This document shows, piece by piece, positions 48,990 to 60,213 of a DNA stretch of 64,000 bases. This stretch comes from Mobula hypostoma. Lineage: Eukaryota. The DNA is taken from contig NC_086128.1 in NCBI RefSeq assembly GCF_963921235.1, forward strand, positions 26,660,001 to 26,724,000, read 5' to 3'. Both the position numbers and the translations under genes were made by a program. Numbering within the stretch: the stretch's first letter is position 1; every line of letters starts with the position of its first letter. The notes beneath the pieces are model-generated. The model was not told where the DNA came from. It saw nothing but the letters and a program-made list of their open reading frames with translations, and did not search any database.

Positions 48990-50735
48990 CGATACACATA
49001 GGTCTAGTCATCAGCTACAATGTTACAGCTATATAGGACCCTGGTCAGACCCCACTTGGAGTACTGTGCTCAGTTCTGGTTGCCTCACTACAGGAAGGAT
49101 GTGGAAACCATAGAAAGGGTGCAGAGGAGATTTACAAGGTTGTTGCCTGGATTGGGGAGCAGGCCTTATGAAAACAAGTTGAGTGAACTTGGCCTTTTCT
49201 CCTTGGAGCAGCAGAGGATGAGAGGTGACCTGATAGAGGTGTATAAGATGATGAGAGGCATTGATCGTGTGGATAGTCAGAGGCTTTTTCCCAAGCCTGA
49301 AACGGCTAACACAAGAGGGCAGAGTTTTAAGGTGCTGGGGAGTAGGCACAGAGGGGATGTCAGTGGTAAGTTTTTTTTTAATGCAGAAAGTGGGTAGTGC
49401 GTGGAATGGGCTGCCAGCGACCATGGTGGAGCAGGTACGATAGAGTCTTTTAAGAGACTCCTGGATAGGTACATGAAGCTTAGAACAATTACCCTAGGTA
49501 GTTTCTAAAGTAAGTACGTTCAGCACATGTGCTGTAGGTTTGAATGAACTCAGTGACTGAACCTCAATAAGCCCTAGGTGAGAGTTCCAAAAATTCACCA
49601 CACTCCATCCCCATCTCTGGGGGAAGAAAATTCGCCACATCTCTGCCCTGAAAGGCCAACCCTTCATTCTGAGATTGGGACTTCCTAGTGGGGAAATATC
49701 CTCCCTGCACCCAGCCTGCAGGGCTCTGTGACATTTTTAAATGAGATACCATGGTCAGTCAGAGGCTGAGGGGAGACCAGGGAGTTTTTAAAATAAGGCA
49801 GGATAAACAGTCAGAATCCTTTCCCCAAGAGTTAGAGACATCAAACACAGGAGGACAGACATCAAGGTTAGTGGTGGTGGTGGGGGGTGGAGTTTAAAGG
49901 AGATGCGAGATGTATATACATACACATCCATTTAGATTAGAACAGAAGTGAGAAGGAATGTGTTTAGCCAGAGGCTGGTGAACCTGTGGAATTCATTACC
50001 ATAGATGGCTGTGGAGGCCAAGTCATACATGCAGCAGAGCTTGAGAGGTTCTTGACTAATCAGGGCATCAAAGGTTAGGAGGAGAAGGCAAGAGAATGCA
50101 GTTGAGGGAAAAAATGTCAGCTATGATGACATGGCAGAGCAGACTTGATGGACCAAATAGTCTAATTCTGCTCCTATGTCTTATGGTTACCAGTGGTGGT
50201 GATGGAAGCATGCAGTTTGCTAGAGTTAATGAAGGGAATGGAGAGAGAGTACAGAGAAGATTTACTAGAATGTTACCTGGGTTTCATCTCCTAAATTACA
50301 GAGAAAGGTTGAACAAGTTGGGTCTTTATTCTTTGGAGCGTAGAAGGTTGAGGGGAGACTTGATAGAGGTATTTAAAATTATGAGGGGGATAGATAGATA
50401 GAGTTGACGTGGATAGGCTTTTTCCATTGAGAGTGGGGGAGATTCAAACAAGAGGACATGAGTTGAGAGTTAAAGGGCAAAAGTTTAGGGGTAACATGAG
50501 GGGGAACTTCTTTACTCAGAGAGTGGTAGCTGTGTGGAACGAGCTTCCAGCAGAAGTGGTTGAGGCAGGTTCAATGTTGTCGTTTAAAGTTAAATTGGAC
50601 AGCTATATGGACAGGAAAGGAATGGAGGGTTATGGGCTGAGTGCAGGTCGGTGGGACTAGGTGAGAGTACGTTCAGCACGGACTAGAAGGGCCGAGATGG
50701 CCTGTTTCCGTGCTGTAATTGTTATATGGTTATAT
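48990..50735 (+). mobile_element. Series of CR1 3' fragments (another at 57035-57500)
   Basis: [45 protein letters not shown]. Confidence 0.85.
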
Positions 50736-53231
50736 GATATGGATGATACACAGGAGGATATTCAGTATAGATTGGTATCAAGATCAACACAACATTGTGG
50801 GCCAAATGGCCTGTCCTGTTCCATATTTTAAAGTACAATTAATGTATCTATATTAAGAATAAAATATATTTTAAATTAACAAATCCCCTGGAAACCTCTT
50901 CACAACCTCCACCCACCTATCCAGGAAACACGATAAACCGTGAATACAGTGCACACATCCAAAATTCACCTTTACAAAACTGACTAATCACTGTGGAAAA
51001 ATATGAGGTACAGAACCTAAAGTTCGCTCATATGTATACAGAGTGTTGAACTAGTTTACCCAGGGCAAGGTTCACAATGGGAGGCCATTTGAGATTTGCA
51101 TTAAAACTGAAATCAATCTCTTCTACTGATAAGAGTCAGAGTAATACAACATGGAAAGAGGCCCTTTGGCCCATCTTCTCCATACTGACCAAGGTGCTTG
51201 CATTTCACTCATATCCCCTCAATCTTTATCTACAATGCAATATCCATCTCTAGATATTTAAGAATTCTTTTTCTTCTTCTGCCTCCAAGACATGCGGGAC
51301 TCTCTTGCCTACAGACCATGCACCTACAGTAATGCTGAGGGGAAATATTTCTCAAAGGAGCAAATCTCCACTTATGACATGGGAAGCAACAGGGAGACAG
51401 TTTTCTAGAAAGGCAACCCCTCTGTAACACAGGGAAACGCTGTAGCTGGGGCTACTGCAGTTCCCCGTCAGTCACTGCCTTCTAACCCAAGGCCTCTGTT
51501 CGGTCTGTGTCTCTGCACAGCTCTGTGGAGAGAAAGCACAGAAAGGAGCATGGTCACTTGTGAAGCTCTGGAAGATTATAAATAGCAAAGCCAAGTGCTG
51601 ACCAAGCAGAGATTTGGTGGCAGCAAACAGATGGGGTGGGCAGTGACCTCCTAGTGCACCTGCCACTGGGTCAGTGACCCTGCATGATGATGCAGAGGCA
51701 TGAGAAGAAACAATGACTTTCCCCACAGCTTGTGAAATGTCCCCATATCCCACAAGCACATGAAGCAACGGTGGTCTGAGAGTCCTGCATCGCTACAGAA
51801 TGTGATTGGGAACGTTGGTTCCTAGACTGTAGGGGATGGGTATCTTTCCACAATGGGTTGGTGAGCCCACAGATCCACTCCCCTTAATTCATAACAGAAT
51901 GTACTCACATTGGGAGACAGAAACAATTCACCAGGGGAAAAAGGGTTGTCCTCTGAGGAAGGGCTAGGGATGTGGGGGAGGGTCCCAGAGAGCTGAAGGA
52001 GGGGAAAGAAAGGGAGCTGGGGACGTGTGGGGAGCTCCAGAGCTCAGGAACCTGGGCAGCTGAAGGAGGGGCACACACACATATATGGGGAGGGGGCAGC
52101 ACACAGAGAGGAGACAGAGAGACGTTGGGAGACAGTTCCTGAGTCAAGTAGGTGACAACAGGTTAGCAACAACAGCTGGCTGAGTGCTGAGATCCGAGAT
52201 TTAAAGGACCCAGAGCCAGTGATGCAGACAGGCAGGAGTCACAGAGGGATCTGAATTCCAGAGGAGCAGGCTGTCAAGACCATCTCAGACTATCTGGGTG
52301 TGAAATGGATGAGTGTGCTGCGAGTGAATTGCTGGCTACTCTTGACCATGTTAATCCTCACTGCATCTTCCTCAATAAATGGGAGTTCCCAGAGTAAAAT
52401 TTTTTGATGGGCACCATCTCCTATAATAAACAGAAGTAGAACAGTCTAATGGGCACACATGTAGCTCTTTGATGAAGACCCATCATTGCAAGACTCTCCC
52501 TGGTTACTCCAGCTGGGAACCTAGCAGAAACCAAGACAGCAGGGAAATATGTAGGACTCACTCCCATAGGAAGGGCCTGGGGGTAAATAGCAGGGATGGT
52601 TGAAGAACATGACCAGGGGACAGAAGTGGCGGGAGGGGAGATGAGAGTAGACACTGGGACCAGTACAGGTCAAAATGACAGGCTTGTAACTACTGCCTAC
52701 ATGTTTCGCAACCAAAAGTACAGCCGTGAGATGACAGCCACACCCTCCCTATCTCTGCTTTGCAAGATTCCTGTTTATGTTAATGGTGATACAGCTGTCT
52801 GCTGGCTTTCCCTTCAGGTAAAGGGCCCCATACAAACCCCAGAACTTGAGGGACCCTTCAAAACATGGGAGGGGCATTGGGTGATAGCTTTTCCACTCTG
52901 TTTCATGCTCCTGTACAAATCCCTCATCTCCGGTGTCAAAATTCCCACCAAACTTCCACTGATTCACTGCTCTCTGGGCAAAGGAAATTCTCCAGACGTC
53001 AAATTCCCCTCCATCTCAACTGCTTGATCCTCAAATCTCTGCTGTCCCACAAGTCTGCCGTGACCTTACCAAGGTCCCACCCAGCTGATGGTCCCCCAGG
53101 GTTAGCTCCTCTGTGTGCAGTGACCTGCCGAGCAGCCAGTGGGTCAAGGAGAGGCCAGCAGTAAACTCTTAATGGCAATCAAGAGTGCTCCATATTTACA
53201 GGCCCATTACACAGAACAAATTGTGCAGTGC

Positions 53232-53730
53232 AAACACGAGGAAATCTACAGATGCTGTAAATTCAAGCCACACACAAAGTTGCTGGTGAACGCAGCAGGC
53301 CAGGCAGCATCTCTAGGAAGAGGTACAGTCGACGTTTCGGGCCGAGACCCTTCGTCAGGACTAACTGAAGGAAGAGTGAGTAAGAGATTTGAAAGTGGGA
53401 GGGGGAGGGGGAGGGGGAGATCCAAAATGATAGGAGAAGACAGGAGGGGGAGGGATGGAGCCAAGAGCTGGACAGGTGATTGGCAAAAGGGGATATGAGA
53501 GGATCATGGGACAGGAGGTCCGGGGAGAAGGAAAAGGGGGAGGGGGTGAAGCCCAGAGGATGGGCAAGGGGTATAGTGAGAGGGACAGAGGGAGAAAAAA
53601 GGAGAGAGAGAGAGAGAGAGAGAGAGAAAGAATGTGTGTATATAAATAAACAACGGATGGGGTACGAGGGGGAGGGGGGGCATTAGCGGAAGTTAGAGAA
53701 GTCAATGTTTATAAATAAATAACGGATGGG
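53232..53730 (-). mobile_element. Penelope-like 3' terminal fragment (further copy 57664-57798)
   Basis: Near-identical to 15357-15890; carries the intact hammerhead motif. Confidence 0.8.
53326..53362 (-). ncRNA. Minimal type-I hammerhead ribozyme motif (Penelope-associated), intact core
   Basis: AGUC-CUGACGA-A-GGGU(CUCG)GCCC-GAAAC-GUC^-GACU: stem I AGUC/GACU, stem II, conserved CUGANGA and GAAA, palindromic ACGU stem III. Confidence 0.8.
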
Positions 53731-53744
53731 CTTCTAACAGCTGG

Positions 53745-54285
53745 GGGGGAAGGGGTTAGAAAGGGGGCCCCGGCTGTCGGGGGGCCGAAAAAGGGTAGAA
53801 AGGGGGGCCCCAGCTGTCTGGGGGGGAGTGAGGGGGTAGAAAGGGGGCCCCGGATGTCGAGGGGGGGACGAGGGGGTAGAAAGGGGGCCCCGGCTGTCTG
53901 GGGGGGAGTGAGGGGGTAGAAAGGGGGCCCCGGCTGTCGAGGGGGGGGACGAGGGGGTAGAAAGGGGGCCCCGGCTGTCTGGGGGGGAGTGAGGGGGTAG
54001 AAAGGGGGCCCCGGCTGTCGAGGGGGGGGACGAGGGGGTAGAAAGGGGGCCCCGGCTGTCGAGGGGGGGGACGAGGGGGGCCCCGGCTGTCGAGGGGGGG
54101 GACGAGGGGGTAGAAAGGGGGCCCCGGCTGTCGAGGGGGGGGACGAGGGGGTAGAAAGGGGGCCCCGGCTGTCGAGGGGGGGACGAGGGGGGCCCCGGCT
54201 GTCGAGGGGGGGGACGAGGGGGTAGAAAGGGGGCCCCGGCTGTCGAGGGGGGGGACGAGGGGGGCCCCGGCTGTCGAGGGGGGGC
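53745..54285. repeat. G-rich ~40-bp minisatellite, ~14 units
   Basis: Unit GGGGGTAGAAAGGGGGCCCCGGCTGTCGAGGGGGGGGACGA with variants and ~30-bp short units. Confidence 0.95.
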
Positions 54286-54289
54286 GTTC

Positions 54290-54720
54290 TCCGACTGACG
54301 ATCCTACCGCCGCTTTCCCGCAACCGGTATGAGGCAGGCCCGCTGCTCACCGCGCGATTACCAGCCAGCTCTCGCTTCCCCCTCAGTACCTACCCCTTTT
54401 CGCTCGATCTTCGGCTCTCACCTCACCTTACGGCCCGCTGCTCGCAACTCGCCCCTCTGGTCTCGCCTCACGGCCCGTCCCTCTTCTCTGGATCCCCGGC
54501 CTTTCGTTTGACGACTACCGGACGATTAACAGAACCGACCAACCTTCCGGAACCCGTGCTCAGACGTCACACTGGGAGGCGCGACACGAGCAGCGACGTC
54601 ATGCGTGATTCAGGGAGCGAGCCGAAGCCAGTCGGGTGGGGGAGGGGCGGCACGTATTCTAATTAAGGCTGCGCGTGGTGGGTCAACATTTTGAAATAAA
54701 CACGGGCGTTAAAAGAGGGG
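54290..54720 (-). promoter_or_regulatory. CpG island: probable TMBIM6 promoter and non-coding exon 1
   Basis: CpG-rich; GACGTCA CRE-like sites at ~54563 and ~54595, TTCCGGAA ETS-like at ~54545, GC box ~54641-54650; splice donors on - strand at 54431/54426/54421 and 54350. Confidence 0.75.
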
Positions 54721-57700
54721 GGCAGGTCAATATTTCAACTGTTAAGTAATCATGACTACATGTCACAATGAAAGGTCATTATTATAGCTGGGCGTCGGCC
54801 CTTCATAAATTCCGCATTATGCATCGAGGAAATGCTAGCACAACAGATGATGTTTGCTGCACACCCATGGTCTCACAGGGCTGCTGGTTCCTATGATCTT
54901 CATCGAGCCAGCCTCCACATCCACTCTCCCTTAAAACTGACTCCATTTGTCTCTCAGTTCACCAGGTCATATAACAGCACAACCCAGGAACAGACCTTTG
55001 TACCCTGTTTGCTGAATTCAACTAAACCCATCAACCTGAACATGATCCATAGCCCTCCATTAGATGTGCCTCTTAAACACCTTTCTCGTATTTGCTTCCA
55101 CCACCCACCCCCCCCCCCCCGCGCAGCACATTCCAGTCTCTGAAAACCTGCCCCCCACACATCTGCTTTGAACTTCCTCTGCTCACCTTAAAGCTACTCC
55201 TCTGGTCTTAGACATTCCACCCTTGGAAAATGTCACTGGCAATCTACCCTCTCTATGCTTCTCATAATTTTATCAGGTCGTACCTTGGCTTCTGACGCTC
55301 CAGAAAAAAACAGCCCAAATTTGTCCAACATTTCACTGGGAAAGTAAATACTCACGCTGCATGACGTCTACAAATCATGAATTAAAAATGTATTGCGATA
55401 TTGAAGGGAAATGACATCAAATAGCCTGGGGGAAAAAACCTTCTAGACCGGCACCACTATTGTCCTGTGAGTGCTGGATTATTGTAGTCATACAGCAATG
55501 GAAGCAAGCCCTTCAGCCCAGCTGGTCCAAGATACCTCATCAAAGCTAGCCCCACTTAGCTCATATCCCTTTCAATCTTTCCTATCCCTATACCTATCCA
55601 AGTGCTGTTTAAAAGTTGTTAACGTTATGTACCTGCCTCAACTATTTCCTCTGGCAGTTTGTTCCACATACATGTGCAGAGAAAAAAACCCTCAGATCCC
55701 TATTAAATCTCTCCCATCTCACTTTAATCCTGAACTCTCTAGCTTCTGATATTTCAGCCCTGGGGAAAAAGACTGTACATATTCACCCTGGTTTTATACA
55801 ACTCTTTAATGTCACCTCTCAGTCTCCTACTCTCCGATGGATAAAATCCCAAGCTCTCCAACTGTTCCCTATAACTCAGCCCCTCAAGTCCTACAACATC
55901 CTTGTAAATCTTTTCTAGCTTAGTAACACCTTTCCTATAGCAACATAGCATCCTAACTTCTATACTCAATGCCCTGGCTGACGAAGGCCAGCAGTGGTTC
56001 TCTAATGTTGAACATTGACTTCTCTAATATCTGCTAATTTCCCCCCTCCCTTTCCTTCTTCTTCAATTCCCCATTCTGGCTCCCCCCTTACCTATTCTCT
56101 TCTCCTCACCTGCCTACCGTTTCCCAGTGGTGCCCCTCCTCCTTCTCTTTTTCCTATGATCCACTCTCCTCTCCGATTAGATTCCTTCTTCTCCAGAGCA
56201 ACACACACAAGATGCTTGAGCAAACTCAGCAGACAAGGCAGCATCTATGGAAATGAATGAACAATCGAAGCTTCGGACTGAGACCATTCATCAGGACTGG
56301 CAGGGGGAAGATGTCAGAACAAAAATGTGGGGAAGGGAAAGGAGGACCAGCTAGCAAGCGATAGGTGGGAGAGGGGGATGAAGTAAGAAGCTGGGAGGTG
56401 ATAACTGGAAAAGAAGGGTTCTGATAGGAGAGAAGAGCGGACCATGGGAGAGAGGGAAGGAGGAGGGGCACCAGGGGCAGATGAGGAGAAGAGTTAAGAG
56501 GCCAGAGTGGGGAATTGAAGAAGAGGGGAGGGGGAGGGAAAAATTACAGAAAGAAGAAATCAATGTTCTTGCCATCAGATTGGAGGCTCATCATGGCCGA
56601 AGAGGAGACTATGGACTGACACGTCAGAATGGGAAAGGGGACAGGAGTTAAAATGGTTGGGCATTGGGAAATTCTGCTTTGTGCGGATGGAATGGAGGTG
56701 CTTGACAAAGCAGTCTCCCAATTTATATCGGGTCTCACCAATGTCGAGGAGGTCGCATCAGCAGCACCGGATACAGTCGAAACCTGAACAGATTCGCAGG
56801 TGAAGTGCCTCGCCTGGAAAGACTATTTGGGGCCTTGGAGGTGAGGAAGGAGGTGAATGGGCAGGTGTAGCATTTCTCTCGCTTGCAGAAATCCATTGCA
56901 AAATAAAACTAACTGCATCAGGAACTCAGCAGGTCAAATATCTATTATTAAGGAATAACAGAAAGGATTGGGCAAAACAAACATGAAGTTATGAAAATTC
57001 TAGGGCCTCAATTGTCATAGATCAAGTGCCATAGGTCCAGGTTTACCAAAATGCTGCCTGGTTTAGAGAGCGTGCATTATGATCAGAGATTAAGGGAGCT
57101 AGGGCTTTACTCTTTGGAGAGGAGGATGATGAGAGGAGACATGATAGAGGTGTACAAGATAATAAGAGGAATAGATAGAGTGGATAGCCAGCGCCTCTTC
57201 CCCAGGGCACCACTGCTCAATACAAGAGGACATGGCTTTAAGGTAAGGGGTGGGGAAGTTCAAGGGGGATATTGGAGGAAGGTTTTTTACTCAGAGAGTG
57301 GTTGGTGCGTGGAATGCACTGCCTGAGTCAGTGGTGGAGGCAGATACACTAGTGAAGTTTAAGAGACTACTAGACAGATATATGGAGGAATCTAAGGTGG
57401 GGGGTTATATGGGAGGCAGGGTTTGAGGGTCGGCACAACATTGTGGGCCGAAGGGCCTGTACTGTGCTGTACTATTCTATGTTCCATATTCTATGTTCTA
57501 TGACACAGAGCTGGGTTGTATTGTGGGTTGTGAGGAATGCACAGAGAGGCTTGAGATGGATTAAGTGAATAGGCAGGGACTGGGTTAGTGGAATATCATG
57601 TGAGGTCATCCATTTTGATAAGAAATACGGGAAAACATTTTTAAGTGATGAAAGATTGAGGGTAAACACGAGGAATTCTGCAGATGCTGGAAATTTAAGC

Positions 57701-58152
57701 AACACACATCAAAGTTGCTGGTGAACGCAGCAGGCCAGGCAGCATCTCTAGGAAGAGGTACAGTCGACGTTTTGGGCCGAGACCCTTCGTCAAGACTGAA
57801 AGGTGTTGATGTTCAAAAAGACCGGTTGCCCCTGTATAAAAGATGGGTTGGCAGGTACGGCATGCAATTAAAAAAGGTAACTTATACTTTGGCTTTATTG
57901 TAAGAGAAACTGAGTACAAGAGACACTTTAGCAGTTGTACCTCTTGGAATCGAGACTATCTTGCTTCTATGCTAGTTCCATGGGTTGTGAGGAGACTAAT
58001 CTGGGTCCGGATTCTATCACTGCTGATGCAGGAGATAGAACATGAACAGGACAGCACAGGTACAGACCCTTGGATCCACAGCGCCTAACTAATTCAACTA
58101 ATCCCTTTAGTCTGCATGCAGTCCATATCCTTCCATTCCCTGCACATTTATG

Positions 58153-58553
58153 TATGAGGGGTCATTGATAAGTTTGTGGCCTAAGGTGGAAGGAGTCAAT
58201 CTTAGAAAACCTAGCACATTTATTTTTAACATAGTCCCCTCCTACATTTACACACTTAGTTCAGCGGTCGTGGAGCATACGGATCTTGGACCTCCAGAAA
58301 GTATCCACGGCAGGGGTGATTGATAAGTTCGTGGCCTAAGGTGGAAGGAGATGAGTTACGTGCAGGTCAACTCTTTGAGTGATTATGCAAAAGGTTTGAA
58401 GTTAATAACTCATCTCCAAGATCCGTATGCTCCACGACCACTGGACTAAGTGTGTACATGTAGGAGGGGACTATGTTGAAAAGTAAATGTGCAAGGTTTT
58501 CTAAAATTGACTCCTTCTACCTTAGGCCACAAACTTATCAATCACCCCTCATA
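58153..58553. mobile_element. Palindromic mariner-like MITE, ~138-bp TIRs, TA target
   Basis: 58153-58290 is the reverse complement of 58415-58553 (TATGAGGGG...CCCCTCATA); interrupts a CR1 tail. Confidence 0.85.
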
Positions 58554-58637
58554 TATGCCTATCTTGGAGTCTCTTAAACCCCTGTATCGTATCTGCCTCC
58601 ACTACCACCCCTGGCAGCACATTCCAGGCACCCATGC

Positions 58638-58668
<31 letters not shown>

Positions 58669-59429
58669 AACTTGCCCCACACATCTTCTTCAAACTTCCT
58701 CCCCTCACCTTAAATACATGCCCTCTGATATTAGACCTTATGACCCTGGGGAGAGAGATACCAACTGTCTATCTATGCCTCTCATGATTTTATAAGCCTC
58801 TATCAGGTCTCCCCTCAGCCTCCGCTACTCCAAAGAAAACAACCCAAGTTCATCTGGCCTCTGACCTCTGACCTCTGAAGAAACTCCGCTGGAAATACTT
58901 AGCAGGTTAGGCCATATCTATGGAAGGAGCAGACATTGGTGAATGGTTTGCAAAGCGGACACTTCAGCTGTGGGCTCCCAGTGCAGACGAGAGGATCTCA
59001 TTGCCATTCTGGACGCTCCCTCTCCAGCAAGTGTAAGCAGGGTCTTAGTAATGGGGCTGTTGGGTTGGCAACGGCTGACTCTTCCATCTCATAGCTCCCC
59101 CCTCACCATTCACCGGGACCTGACTCATGAGATGTGGCTAGTGGTCCATGTGTCACAGGGTCTCATTAGGGGAGGGGGTGATATCCCCCAGGGGAAGGGA
59201 AAGTTGCCCTCGTCCACAATTCATCAGCAAGTCCAGTTATCCGTGTACCACAGCACAGTGGCGCTACAGAGGCAGGGAGGGTATTACAGAGTTAAGGAGG
59301 GATGCAGAAGGTTACAGAAGGAAGGAGCGGTAGGAGTTACAGGAGTTGGGAGAGGTGTACGGGCTGCCAGGAGTTCCAGAGACAGGTAGAGGTGTATTGG
59401 GTTACAGAGATAAGGAGCGGTGTTGGAAC

Positions 59430-59686
59430 CCCTCTCCCACTCTCCTTAATCCTCTCCTCTCCAGCCTTTCCTCCCTCCTCCCCAGCCCCTCCTGCCCCTT
59501 TCTCCCCTCTCCCACATCTCCCTCCCCTTCTTCCCTCCATCCTCTTCCCCTTCTCTCTCTTCCCTCCCCTTCCCTCTCCCTCCCTCCCCTTCCCCTTCTT
59601 CCCAACCTCCCCTTCCCCCTTCTTCCCTCCCTCTTCTCCTTCTCTCTTTCTTCCTTCCCCCTCTCTCTCCCTCCCTCCCCTTCTCC
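59430..59686. repeat. Polypyrimidine/polypurine low-complexity tract
   Basis: ~255 bp almost only C/T on + strand. Confidence 0.9.
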
Positions 59687-59860
59687 AGAAAGCCAACAGT
59701 GATAATGCTGAGAGTAAGTTAATGTCAAGTTGATTAATTTCTACCCAGTCAATATATTACTGAGCAGTGAGGGGGGTGGGCAGGCTTGAGGGATCCGATC
59801 GGGAGAAGTAGCCAGCGTTGCTCTGACACGGAGAGTGCTGACTGACCATCTCTGCTGCAG

Positions 59861-59941
59861 GTCCCGGCTCTGGTCCCAACCTGCACGAGCTCTTCACCAA
59901 CAGCCATGATCATCACCCATCAGAATGTGTCCCACAGCCTG
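59861..59941 (+). other. Candidate exon of an unidentified + strand gene (plus possible 25-nt exon 59689-59713)
   Basis: CTGAC branch + CTCTGCTGCAG acceptor, CTG/GTGAGT donor, 81 nt, non-repetitive. Confidence 0.4.
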
Positions 59942-60064
59942 GTGAGTGCAAAGAATTCCTTCCACACTTTCTTCACACTTGCTGATGAACTTCTTTGTGT
60001 GCATGTGTGTGTTTGTAGGTATGAGTGTTTGTGGATGTGAGCATGGGCATGACTGTGTGCAATT

Positions 60065-60213
60065 NNNNNNNNNNNNNNNNNNNNNNNNNNNNNNNNNNNN
60101 NNNNNNNNNNNNNNNNNNNNNNNNNNNNNNNNNNNNNNNNNNNNNNNNNNNNNNNNNNNNNNNNNNNNNNNNNNNNNNNNNNNNNNNNNNNNNNNNNNNN
60201 NNNNNNNNNNNNN
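60065..60213. other. Assembly gap (149 N) within degenerate (TG)n sequence
   Basis: Run of N. Confidence 0.99.

Noticed and set aside
53709-54350. Proline-rich 213-aa ORF
   Set aside because: Translation of the minisatellite
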